Origin: Negaprion brevirostris
Taxonomy: Eukaryota
Length of the DNA: 64,000 nucleotides
Reading direction: 5' to 3'
Assembly: GCA_030324005.1 (NCBI GenBank)
Contig: JARDVH010000031.1
Location: forward strand, 51,996,501 to 52,060,500
Shown here: piece by piece, positions 38,945-50,850 of the stretch
Numbering within the stretch: position 1 is the first letter of the stretch
How the letters are laid out: each line of letters begins with the position of its first letter
The notes under the pieces: model-generated
What the model was told of the DNA's origin: nothing
Seen by the model: only the letters and a program-made list of their open reading frames with translations
Database searches by the model: none
Position numbers and translations under genes: made by a program

Positions 38945-40515
38945 ATAGAATCATACTGTGCAGAAGAGGCCCTTTGGCCCATCGAGTCCATACCAACACA
39001 TCAGAAACACCTGAACTCCCACCTAATCCCATCTGCTAGCACTTGGCCCATGGCCCTGAACGTTGTGATGTGTCAAGAACTCATGCAGATATTTTTTAAA
39101 GGATGTGAGACAACCCGCCTCTACCAGCCTCCCGGGCAGCACATTCCAGATTAATACCACCCTCTGGTTAAAAAAGTTTTTTCTCACATTCCTCCTTAAA
39201 ACTTCTGCCCTTCACCTTGAACCTATGTCCATTCATGATTGACCCTTCAACTAAGGGGAACAGCTGCTCCTTATCCATTCATTCCATGTCTCTCATAATC
39301 TTGTACACTTTGATCAGGACATTCTCTCTCTCTCTTCTCCCCCCACTCCTCCCCCATTGTGGCGTCCAGAACAAAATACTCGAGCTATGGCTTCGCAAAG
39401 TTCTATAAAATTCCAACATGACTCCCTTGCTTTTGTAATCCACGCCTCGATTGATAAAGGCAAATGTCCAATATGCCTTTTTCACCACCCTACTAATATG
39501 TCCTTCTGCTTTCAGAGTTCTGTGTACAAACACAGCAAGGTTCCTTTGTTCCACAGAACTTTCTAGTGTCATACCATTCATTGAGTGCCTTCTTGTCAAA
39601 TTACTCCTTCCAAAGTGTATCACCTTACACTTTTCAGAGTTAAATTTCATCTGCCACTTACCTGCCCATTTGACCATTCCATCCATATCTAGCACAAGAC
39701 ACACTGCCTCACTGTTAACCACCTGTCCAATCTTGGTGTCATCTGCAAACTTACTAATCCTACCCCCTACATAGTCATCAATGTCATTTGTATAAATAAA
39801 TAATAGGGAGTCCAGCACAGATCCCTGTGGTATGCCACTGGACACAGGCTTCCAGTCATTAAAGCAGCCTCATGTCACCACCCTCTGTCTCCTACAACTG
39901 AGCCAATTTTAAATCCACTTTATCAAATTACCCTGGATCCCATGTGAATTTACCTTGTGTACAAGAATCCCATGTGGGTTCTTGTCAAAGGCTTTGCTGA
40001 AGTCCACATAAACTATATCGTCTACACACCTGGTCACTTCCTCAAAAGTTCAATTGAATTTGTTAGGCATGACCTTTCTTTGATGAAGCCACGTTGAACA
40101 TTCCCTGATCAAGCTTCGCCGCTCCAAGTGGAGATAGATGCTTTCCTTCAGAAGTTTCTCTAATACTTTACTCATCGGCCTGCAGTTTCCTGGTTTATTT
40201 CTGTAACTCTTCTTAAATAGCAGAACCACATTAGCAGTTCTCCGGTCATCTGGCACTTCCACCGTGGCCAGAGAAGAATTGAAAATTTGGGCCACAACCC
40301 CTGCAATCTCCTCCCTCGCCTCCCACAGCAACTGAGGGCACAATTAATCTGGACCTGAAGATTTATCCATTTTTAAGGCTGCCAATACCGATACCTTGTC
40401 CTTCCCTATGTCAATTTGCTCAAGAACCTCACTTTCTGAATTCCTTACCAACCTCCTCATTCTCTTGGTGAAGAGGGATATGAAGTATTCATTCAACACC
40501 TACCAATGTCCCTGG
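38945..40515 (-). mobile_element. CR1-type LINE, 5'-truncated RT region plus 3' tail
   Basis: ORF 39279..39845 has SGIPQGSVL..LLF..NDID..ISKFADDTKIG; ORF 40050..40343 has VPDDRRTANVVLLFKK; same subfamily as 30960-32228. Confidence 0.93.
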
Positions 40516-40559
40516 CTCAGAATTTATACTTCAAACCATCCATTTAATTTCCAGACACA

Positions 40560-41688
40560 GCAGAGTACGGGGAGGAGATTGCTAATTAGTATTTCTACTT
40601 GAAGGCACATATGATTCATATCATGGGGATGGGCTTTCGGAAGTCAAAATCAATAGTAAGCCACTGAGTATCAGCTTAGAAAGTTTTCTAAGCTATGGTT
40701 GAATCCAACTGAATCTGGCAGACTGCAAGAGAGAGAACTAAAAGACAGAGACAGCGAGTCTGAAATCTTGGGCAGAGAGAATGCTAGCCCTGTCACTTGT
40801 CAGTCATCATATAAAACATGGGCAGGAGCCTGTTCTCAGATTGAAGAGACTGAGTTTGTGAAGATTTAAACAAGACTGGAAGATTCATCTAACTTGGCTA
40901 AAGGGAAGAGTCCCCAATTTGTGCCTCACTGTAAAAGTCAATCCTTGGATTAAAAACTGCCTGTATGGGAACAGAAACTACATGACGCAAACTTTTGGGA
41001 ACTAAGAATTATTTTGGTCTGGTTCCTGGAACGTAAAGTGTCTACTTAAGAAACAAAGTACAACTGTTATGTGGACTTCTTGGCTGTGTAATCAGGTAAA
41101 CGGAGGTGGTTCTTTTCTGTAGTTTAAAGTATAACTTGCCAACGAAAGTAATTTTTAGTTGTGTTGTTTTTAAATTTGTTTCAGGAAGTGGTAGAGGCGA
41201 CACGATGGCACAGTGAATAGCATTGCTGCCTCATAGTTCCAGAGACCTGGGCTCAATTCCTGGCTTGGGTCTGCCTCATAGTTCCAGAGACCTGGGCTCA
41301 ATTCCTGGCTTGGGTCACTGTCTGTGAGGAGCTTGCACTTTGCCCAGTGTCTGCGGGGTTTCCTCTAGGTGCTCTGGTTTCCTACCACAGTCCAAAGATA
41401 TGCGGGGTAGGCGCATTAGCTGCGCTAAATTGCCCCTTAGTGTCCCAGGACGCGTATGTTAGAGGGATCAGTGGGCTAAGTATCTGGGGTTTTGGAGATA
41501 GGGCCTAGGTGGGATTGTTGTCAGTGCAGACTCGATGGGCCAAATAGTCCCCTTCTGCACTGTAGTGATTCTACGATTCTATGAAGTCTTAAAACATGAA
41601 ATCTTGTTGTGTAATCCTTGCAGTCAGTCACTGAAACCTCAAATATCTTTTTAAAAGTTAGCAATCTAGTCTATAAGCTGATTGTAAC
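40560..41688 (+). mobile_element. Possible solo-LTR remnant interrupted by an HE1 SINE
   Basis: Non-coding segment ending in tgtaaca; gaagt on both sides of the SINE may be a TSD; 5' end not defined. Confidence 0.3.
41195..41583 (+). mobile_element. HE1-type (V-SINE) SINE with an internal 45-bp tandem duplication
   Basis: tggcacagtg..tagcattgctgcctca head, V-domain, tail gactcgatgggccaaa...tctgcactgtag.gattctacgattct. Confidence 0.92.
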
Positions 41689-42642
41689 ACAACTTTAAAT
41701 CAGAGGCCCATATCAATATTACTTCATGAGCTAGGAGGACACAAGTCCATTAACATGTGCCCAGATTTCTTTCCATTTCAAGGTGAAAGCGCAAGGGGTC
41801 TAATTTTAACTCAGTGGATGGATTTTGAACTAGTTAAATCTTGCCCAACAATATCATGCTTGAGCAACAGTGTCACACTGGCACGCACCAATGTGATGTG
41901 CCATCATATAGACATCCTGCTTTCCAATTCCCAATATCCCCGCGAGACAAATCAAATATGTGCCCAGAATATTACATATAATCAAGTTCTTGCCATAGGA
42001 CCTATGAAAAAAATAATTTTCCACATATTCATCCATGTATGTAACAGCAAATACAAAATATTTTGAAAAATTGAAGACTTAGGCACTTTGCAATGTAACC
42101 ACAGCAAAGTTAAAAAAAAAATTTGATACAAATACTACAATGATCACTGTACAATGAAAGGTACTCTCAACATAAAAGAAACTGAATCATTCCTCTAACA
42201 ACACAGTTCCTCAATGCTTTAACCAGCTAAGGCATGCTGGCAAAGAAAGCCTAGGTTTCACCCATACCTACTATGTGCTGCATTAAGATTTCAGCCCTGG
42301 CAGCAGTAGGGACACTATATCAGAGCTCAATTACCCTGCTTAGAAAATGAACAACTGACCAGTTTTTCCCTGGTCATTGTCCAACAGCCCCATCGTAAGT
42401 GCACATAATGTGGAGATAAGGGCGGGCAGAAGTAGATTTTCACAGTGATGCTGCTGCTCCCCCTGCCCTCACCACCTACAAGTGGTTGAACTGCTCATCA
42501 GTAGACATTTTGTAAGTCAATAAAAAAAAAGAATTGAAAGGTTCCGCAGGAGGCTTGGCACCCCTCAAAAATTATTCTAACAAGAAATTGTTGTCTTCAG
42601 GAAAAGAGAGAAGGAGAATGGAATGGAAAAAGTAAATATTAC

Positions 42643-42912
42643 CAGATGGTGCAAACGAAGACGATGGCGTCCCTGTGTAGGCCAGCGTTGTAGATTCTGA
42701 TGCCAATGAGCCAGGTGCTGACTTTGGAGTCTTCAATACATGGGCACTAATGGACATCGAGTGGGCTGACTGATTGGAAGTCTGACTTGAATGAGCAGCT
42801 TTGTTTAATTTATGAAGAATTTCTTCTCCTTCATTCTCTGTTTCGGTCTTATCTTGCTCCTTAACTTCTTCATCTGATCCATCTGTTTCTGTCTCTGAGT
42901 CACTATCAGCCT
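42643..42912 (-). CDS. BAZ2B: BAZ2B exon (270 nt): (E)ADSDSETETDGSDEEVKEQDK...GTPSSSFAPS
   Basis: ccaattag acceptor, CTG|gtaata donor, symmetric phase 1-1; open throughout. Confidence 0.92.
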
Positions 42913-43229
42913 CTAATTGGAAAAGAATAAATTAAATATTTTAGAAATTCTATAATTAGCCCTGCCTAAAAACATGTGCAAAATTAAGATCTATGGTTAC
43001 ATTGGTCATGACACTATACATATATAGTGCCACCTTTCATTTGAACTTTGAACTTCACATCATTGCAAATAAGTAAAATAGAAATCACAATTGCATTTCT
43101 GAAGCCATTAAATTGTTTTAAATTTGACTAAGAAAATGCAACTAAAATGTTATGTTAAATTCCTTCACATTTTCTCTACATTGTTTCAGCTGAGAAGTTA
43201 TGACATACAATCTATGCTATTTTGGTTTG

Positions 43230-43740
43230 AAAACATAATATAAGAAATAGGAGTAGGTTATTTTGCTCTTTAAAGCTGCTTTGTTACTTAATACAATCAT
43301 GGCTCATCTCTAGCTTCCACTCCACTTTCTTGCACAATCTCCACATTATTTAAATCACCTTTGTATCTATCTATCGATCTTTGCCATGGATATACTCAAC
43401 AACTGAGCAGTCAAAGTCCTCTTAGATAAATAATTCCAAAGAACCATAATTCTCTGAGTAAAGGAATTTATTCTCATCTCTGTTCTAAATGGTCAACCAA
43501 GATTGTGATTTCTGAGGTTGTGCCCTCCTTAATTCTACTCTTCAGCCAGAAAATCAACTTTCAAGCATACAACCTACCAAGCCCTTTAAGGCTTTTATAT
43601 AGTTCAATGCGATTGACTCTGGGAATATATGTCTAGCCTACTTAATCTCTCATCTTGGGCAACTGTTTCATCTTGGGGATCAGTTTTGTGATTTTTGCAC
43701 TCCCTGCAAGGCAAGTACATCCTCCCTTAATATAAACAAA
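43230..43740 (-). mobile_element. Very decayed CR1-type 3' fragment
   Basis: aacataatataagaaataggagtagg tail and gcactccctgcaaggcaagtacatcctcccttaa remnant. Confidence 0.55.
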
Positions 43741-43914
43741 AGTCTGCTTCAGCCAGAATTTACAAAAACATTCACAGAAAAAGTATCTGAATGTTACTGC
43801 TTTTAACGTAAAATTGATTCATCAGGTCCTCAGTAAATTTGAGAACACATGATCAAATCTTTTGTCTAATAACGGTTGTTTGGAAAGTTAGATTAGGATT
43901 AAAACAATATTAAA

Positions 43915-44470
43915 ATACTGGGTTTGGTCTCAACTGCAGTATTGTGTCCAATTCTGGGCACCATACACTTTAGGAAGGATGTGAAGGTATTGGAAAGGGT
44001 ACAGAAAAGATTCACCAAAATGGTTTCAGGAGTGGGGAACATCAGTTACATGGGTACATTGGAGAAGCTGGGGCTGTTCCCAAGGGAAAAGNNNNNNTTT
44101 GAATGAAGGTACACAAACTTGAGGGGTCTAGACAGTGTAGATACAGAGAAACTGTTCCCACTGGTGGAAAGGTGGAGAACCAGCCAACACTGATTTAAGG
44201 CGAAATCCAGAAAAATGAAAGGCAACATGTGGTAAAAAATTTTCTGCGAGTTAAGATTTGGAATGGACTCCCTGAAAAAATGTGGAGGAGATAGATTTAA
44301 TCGCGGCTTTCAAAAGTGAACTGAATAATCGTCTAAAGAGAAAAAGATTGCTGGACGACAAAAGGGTGGGAAAGTTGGACTAGCTGAGCTTCCCTTCCAG
44401 AGAGTCAGCACAGATTCAACAGGCCAAACAGCCTCCTCCAATGCTGTACCATTCCGATTCTATTCTATGA
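43915..44470 (+). mobile_element. CR1-type LINE 3' fragment
   Basis: HFRKDVKVLERVQKRFTKMVSG...LEKLGLF. Confidence 0.85.
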
Positions 44471-44703
44471 AATTTTTATCCTGAACCAATGAAAATCAAA
44501 TCTTTCATCAATCCACAACTAAAATTGATGAATGAATACGTTGAAACATTTTATGATAAATTATTTATTGGGTTTCTTGTGTTGGTCAGAGGACATGGCT
44601 AAAGTTGGTCACTGCTAACTATTTCTCAGGCTTCAGAAAACACACATCCCAAGCTTGCTAATTAGCAACTTTTTTTTGTATAGCCTTATTTGCATAATGA
44701 GCA

Positions 44704-44885
44704 GATGCCGATGTTGGACTGGGATGGGCATAGTAAGAAGTCTCACAACACCAGGTTAAAGTCCAACAGGTTTATTTGGAATCACGAGTGACTCTTCCCC
44801 AGGTGGGGAAAAAGCAGCACTCCGAAAACTCTTGATTCCAAACAAACTTGCTGAACTTTAAGCTAGTGTTTTGAGACTTATTACT
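44704..44885. mobile_element. Palindromic non-autonomous repeat (Penelope-terminus-like)
   Basis: aagtctcacaacaccaggttaaagtccaacaggtttatttggaatcacgag pairs with ctcttgattccaaacaaacttgctgaactttaagctagtgttttgagactt. Confidence 0.7.
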
Positions 44886-45494
44886 TATTTGCATAAATTG
44901 ATTGCTCCCATTATGTTTGGATTGGGACCCATCTCAAATTATTCAACAGGTTAAACCATTAAATACAAACATTTAATTATATTAATGTCCTGGAAATCTT
45001 GTTAATCTAATAGATTTGATTGACAGCTAAATCTGTTTTTTAAGACAGACTTGAGAGAGGGACATGGTCCCAATTCTGTGTAGCCTGTTGAACAGACAAG
45101 TTGGTAACAATGAACTATAGGAAGCAGACTTTGGCTGTTTCAGCTCAATTGTACAGGGACTCTGGTAATGATGGTAGCTAAAATCTTTGGGTCAATTTAA
45201 GGTTAAGCACCAATGCTAGAAAAGCGTCTGCCATTTTAACACAGAGCATTGTAAATTTTATTACTGTTAATAAATGGCTTGTGCTGACTACTAATCATTC
45301 ACTCGTTGGTTTAAAGTTCAATACTGTTCATTTATAGTATGAGTTGTGACCTGGTATTCTTCTACCCTCTTGAAGTTGAGGAAATCACATCCTGGAGTGG
45401 AGAAGACAAAGTTTTCTCTCTTTATTCCCATTTAAACAGATACCGGGCAGGAAAAAGTATACTCTGGCCATAAGGAAGAGGAGGTCCATTATCA

Positions 45495-45730
45495 AGAATC
45501 ACAGAATCCTACAGTGCAGAAAGAGACCATTCAACCCATCGAGTCTGCACCGACCACCATCCCACCTAGCCCTATCCCCATAATCCCATACATTGACTCT
45601 AGCTAGTTCCCCTGACACAAAGGGCCAATTTAGCATGGCCAATCCACCTATCCCATACATCTTTGGACTGTGCGAGGAAACTGGAGCGCCCGGAGGAAAC
45701 CCACGCAGACACAGGGAGAATGTGCAAACA
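45495..45730 (-). mobile_element. HE1-type SINE, 5'-truncated
   Basis: V-domain and tail as in 15325-15627. Confidence 0.9.
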
Positions 45731-46487
45731 ATCAGTACTATACTCCTCACACTCTGCTTCCATTCAAGTGCCAAATAGACCACATCTCATCATCACCTGA
45801 ACTGGATGGTGAGTAGCAATGACACCAAAAATGGAACTGCTGTCAATGGTCACATCAAGAAAGTAACAAGTCACTTTGTCTGCAAAAGGAAACACTTGCA
45901 TTTGTGTAAAGGTGACGTCACCTCAAAATCTTTCACAGTTAGCAAGTTTTCAAGAGCACAAAGCATTACTGAAGCCATTCACATGTTAAACAACTTTATA
46001 CTTATCTCATAAAACTGCAAATCTACTTGGCCAGTCAGCATCTGGTGAGTCTGCAAGTGCCTAGATATTGGACTTTTTTCCATTTAATTCTTTCTTCCCC
46101 TCACCTTTAATAGCAATGGCAAAAGCTGACAAAAATTTAAAACTATTTTTGAAACTTTATAAATGCTGAAACAAATATTTATCTATATATGCAGCCACTT
46201 ACTCTTTCTTATATGGCTCATCAGTTTAAATTCACATGTTAACCATGGGGTAAATCTGAGAAGAATTTAATGTCAATTCCGGATGAAGAACTGTGCGAGA
46301 CTCGCTGGTGAGATTTCTCACAGGAATTGAGTCTAATTAACATAATTTTATATTCCCTCGAGATTTATGCTGCTTTCATGATGACATCCCTCTGAATCGC
46401 TCAGCCCAGGTCAATCTAATCTCTGCGATCAGTTGGGAACTCCACATAAATGTCTCCGCAGCATTCGCTCCAAATCCCTTTGACGGG

Positions 46488-48270
46488 ATGGCTGCCGGAA
46501 GCCATTTCTCAGAAGTAGTCTTGGCCAGATTCCTGAATGGTGTACAGCAGAGGTGGAATGTCCTCTATCCACAGTCATGCAACATCGTTCCAGCAAGGTG
46601 ACTACCCTGCCTGGGAGGCTGTGACAGCCTTAGTCAGTGCCAACTCACTGCAGGAGGGCAGGCCAGCAGTGTCATAAGAAGGTGAATGGTCTTCTTTGCA
46701 TGGTCAGGATAAGTCTGCCTTCTCCAGTCTCCTGCTGAACCTCCCATACACCCCCTCACACCTCCTGGCTGCTCTCTCAGCCAACCACCTTGTAGGTTGG
46801 CTACCCCTCTCACGAGGTACACCCCTCTCCCCCCACAAATTCCTATGGTCCGCCCAATCCCCATATTCCCCCACATTAGCTACTATGCTCTGACACCCAT
46901 TCAAGGGCCAAACGTACCACATCTCATTGTAATATAGTTCTGTAATTAAAAATATCTTTCTTCACCCACAAAGACTCCAACCCTGTTATTTCATACACCA
47001 AGCTCAGCGAACTCCCAGCTGATGGGAGAACTGGCAGCACTCCCACCTACGGTCTCCCCGTCTGTCTCATTGCAGAACAAACTCCACCATACAGGTGCAA
47101 ATTGGTGGAGTCATGCCAGAGTTCGGTATCATCAAGCCCTTTAAGAAGAGAGCAATTCAGTTGGCTGGTGAGGAGGAGGTCCGCACCTGTGCCAATGGCG
47201 GTGGGGGCATCAAATGAAAGTGAGAATCCTCAAGAGGGCAGTCATTCTTCAAGCTGCAAATGAGTAAATGTCCTTTCATATCTCACCTGTAATGCACTAA
47301 TGCCAACTCCCTTCCTTTGCAGGCAGCTCACTGAAACAGCTAGGCCCACAGACACGAGCAGCTCCAAGGGAAATGTCTCGGACCCCACCAGAGTGGAGTA
47401 GCATCACAGCTGTTATCCATACCTGTTACCAGTGCAGATACTTACACTTTGGTAGGATTACTTAGTGGACAAGCTTCTGGGTGAGCACCACACGGCTGAA
47501 GATCCACAGAAAGCGGCGGCAGGGACATACCAGGAAACCGGCACTCAGAGGGATGCCAAGGCTCCAGACTTGCTGCGCCACTGGCCAATGACAAACCCCT
47601 GGATCCGGTCATTCTAAAACTGATGGAGCTACAAAGGCAAAACCACGAGCATCAGGAAGGGATGGCAGCTTCCCTACTCAGACTGCTGTAGGAGTCTCAT
47701 CCCCTTCTGTCTGAGGAGGTGCTGCTGTCACTCTGATGCAACGAGGCCAACATTGCGAGTGATGTCTCCAGTGGAAACCTCAGTGCAGGATGTGAACTTT
47801 ATGGCATGGGATGTCCACTCCATGGTTCACTTCATGACCTCCATGGTGCAGGCACCAGTGGGAATTCATGAGTCGAGTGCCAAAAGCCATGGGCCTTCTG
47901 AATTTCTCCTGCTGTGCCTCTATTCCATGGAGGGGCAAAGTGGCCGCCAGGCAACCAAAGGACCGCACTCCGGATCTTCCATCTACGAGGCTCTGGGAGT
48001 GGCCAGTCCATCTGACATCCCCCTCCCTGGAGTGACACACCTCTGGCCCCGCATGCAGAGGTGGGTAGCATTGCAACACCCATCTTGAAAGCAGGTCTGG
48101 TCCCTCAAGGCCCAGTGGTACGCCCATCAAGATCATCTCAGGCAACAGGGCGAGGAACTCAGCAGGCTGCATGAACCTCAGCTGTGGATCCTGGAGATAT
48201 TCCTCCCGGAGATATTCCTACATGCAGCAGGGGGGTAAGAAGAGTAAAGAAATGCAGGCACCTAGTAGGC
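46488..48270 (+). pseudogene. Harbinger Myb/SANT-like DNA-binding protein pseudogene (intron-containing)
   Basis: Hand translation across frameshifts gives MAAGSHFSEVVLARFLNGVQQRWNVLYP / PAWEAVTALVSANSL / GQQCHKKVNGLL, then a dead donor (AGG|ataagt); second exon near 47075-47220 (QIGG..P...PF..RA..LAGEE); 3' boundary approximate. Confidence 0.75.
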
Positions 48271-48949
48271 ATGAGTGAATACAGGCATCAGTGTAGATAG
48301 GTCGCCATTGTAATATAGTTCTATAATTAAAAATCTCTTTCTTCACCCACAGAGCCTCCAACCCCGTTATTTCATACACAAGCTCAGCGAATCCCCACAC
48401 ACACTTAATGCTCCATCCTTGTGGGTCCATGGAGATCATGAAGTGAACCATGGAGTGGACATCCCATGCCATAAAGTTCACATCCTGCACTGAGGTCTCC
48501 ACTGGAGACATCACTCTCGCAGTGTTGGCCTCGTTGCATCGGAGTGAGAATGGCAGTGCCATGTCTNNNNNNNNNNNNNNNNNNNNNNNNNNNNNNNNNN
48601 NNNNNNNNNNNNNNNNNNNNNNNNNNNNNNNNNNNNNNNNNNNNNNNNNNNNNNNNNNNNNNNNNNNNNNNNNNNNNNNNNNNNNNNACAGTAGGTGAGG
48701 TTAGTCTTCCAGCTTATACAAGGCCCTTTCAGCTCTCTGTCAGGCAGGAATCAGACGTACTGCTGACGATGAGAGGAGCATCACTTTATCCTCAGTATAT
48801 CGTCATCATTCTCCTACAGCCAATGGCTTCAGGTCCCTGCCCATGAATTCAGGCAACATCATGAAAACATAATAAGGACAGATAACTGATTAGATGTTAG
48901 ACACCATGGTAGGAGAGCTGTTCACTACCTAGTCCTGCTTATCCCCAAA

Positions 48950-50000
48950 CCGAGAGGCTATGAGGGCATCCCTTGCAACCGGCCCATTGCCTGGCATTCC
49001 TCCTCCATGTGGTCAGCCCCACCACCCTCATCATCCTGGGAGATTTGGCACTCCCACATCTCCTCCTGAACCTCATGGTCTCCCATTTGCAGTGGCAAGT
49101 TGTGTACAGCATAGCAGATCACAATAATAGGGGATGCCCTGAGGTTGCACTGGAGGGAATCCCTTGACTGGCGCAGGCACTGGAACTGCATCTTGAGCAG
49201 TCCAACTGCCTGCTCACCCAGTGCATTGATACATGAGCCTTATTACAGTAAAATTCTACCAGTGCATGTGGCATCAGCACTGGCATCATCAGCCACTTCC
49301 TGAGTGGGTACCCTGTCCCTAAGGAGCCATCCCTCCGACTGCCGGTTTCCTTCAAAAACAGCTGGGTTCTGTCACGGGTGATTCAAAGAACAAAAAAACT
49401 ACAGCTCAGGAACAGGCCCTTCGGCTCTCCAAGCCTGCACCAACAAGCCGCCCAACAACTAAAACCCCCACCCTTCCAGGGAGCATATCTCTCTATTCCC
49501 ATCCTATTCACGTATTTATCCACATACGCCCGGGAAGCAGGCACACTTGCATTATGCATATCATGTGGTTGCAAATGAGTTAGACGTTGAGGGAGTGGAA
49601 TNNNNNNNNNNTTCCCAGTTCATGAATGGTGTCGCTCTGCGTAATGGATAGGCAGGGCCAGTTAGATGCAGTCAATCAAGCTCTGCAATGGGTACATGCC
49701 TGTTAAGTGACCCTGGTGTCCTTGATAGTCTCACCCCAGTCCAAGTTAATATACATGCAAGCCCTGATGCATTTGTGTGCGGCTGATTGGAGGTGCAACA
49801 AAGGTCTCTTGTGCTGCCCAGAAATGAGCCGCTTGCATTGGGATTAAGAATAGCAGTAGCTTTAAGGGTCACAGGCTGTGTGTGTCCTCCCACTCCACAA
49901 GATGCGAACTCTTGCAGTAAGGGGAAAATGGTGATCCACTGTCCCCTGGGACAAACATAGTCCTCAATAGCACTAAAGCTCCGACATCTGCAGATAGGAT
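48950..50000 (-). pseudogene. Harbinger (HARBI1-like, DDE_Tnp_4-type) transposase pseudogene
   Basis: Fragments PVTLKATAILN..ASGSFLGSTRDLC, FHSLNV*LICNH..IMQVC..PG, GWLL.D / GYPLRKWLMMPV...NKAH and MQFQCL..S..SLQ...IIVICYAVHNL, with stops and frameshifts. Confidence 0.85.
49385..49530 (-). mobile_element. CR1-type 3' tail inserted within the transposase pseudogene
   Basis: aggaacaggcccttcggc...ctctattcccatcctattca is a CR1 tail in reverse; it interrupts the sequence between the ..PG and ..GWLL motifs. Confidence 0.75.
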
Positions 50001-50389
50001 GACTGATGTCAGAAGACGCTTGGCCAATACTGTCTCCTACAAGGCTTCACCATCTGTGGTGCTGCTCCCTTCTGCCACTGTACGCACATCCATACTGTGA
50101 TTCTTCTCAACCCCACCAGGGTGAACCTTGACAACCCGTCATTGCATCCAAGCCCCACATTCCACCTTCACTGCCCAACAGGGCATCATGCTAAAAGGGA
50201 AGCTGAATGACAACATCATGACTGGAAACCTCAAAGATAGCTGTGGACATGACGTTGAGTGGGGTGTGATGATAGACATCAATATACAAGTACACATCAG
50301 TGCAATCTCTATAGCGTTGAGGCTCATACGAGCTAAACATCAAGATGTTTGGCACTTTGGATTCTAACACTTTTGCTAAAAAAACTATT

Positions 50390-50850
50390 AAACCAAATTA
50401 AACAACCTGAAGGATAAAGTAAAACGGGACTGCCCCTTAAAGGGGTACTGCCCTAAACAAAAATAAATCATAAATTAAACTTAAAACGTTAAATGAAACT
50501 TAAAATGTCAAATGAAAACGTGATTAATGGAGTTTATAAGACACTTGCTGTGGTGCCCATGCACACCGCATACTTCCTCTCCAGGGATACCCAATTGCCA
50601 ACTGATGCGGAAGAAGAGGAGTCAGGTCGGACGAGCCCCTCGATCGCCCCCACTGCCTGGACCTGGCAAGTTTGGCCAGGCCCTGGAACAGGTCCACAAG
50701 GAGATCCTCCTCATTCTAAACCTACGTAAACATGGTCTATAGATTGCAAAAAGGATAGCTATCTTGGGAGTCCGTTAACCAATGCATCCTGCGGTTATAT
50801 GCTACAGCTGCAAGCAACACCTCCAACCCAGGGCGCCTTGGATTCCAAAG
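50390..50850 (-). mobile_element. Tx1/L1-clade LINE ORF2 C-terminal fragment nested in the Harbinger relic
   Basis: Reverse strand reads LGWR..AAVAYNRRMHWLTDSQDSYPFCNL (zf-RVT-like) and DLLVDLFQGLAKLA.RSRQ...VSLERKYAV, followed by an AT-rich 3' region. Confidence 0.65.

Noticed and set aside
44704-44885. Hairpin that could be read as a pre-miRNA
   Set aside because: It fits a palindromic non-autonomous repeat type; there is no evidence for a miRNA.
46488-50000. Possible domesticated HARBI1/NAIF1-like host genes nested in BAZ2B
   Set aside because: Multiple stops, frameshifts, a dead splice donor and an inserted LINE tail show they are non-functional.
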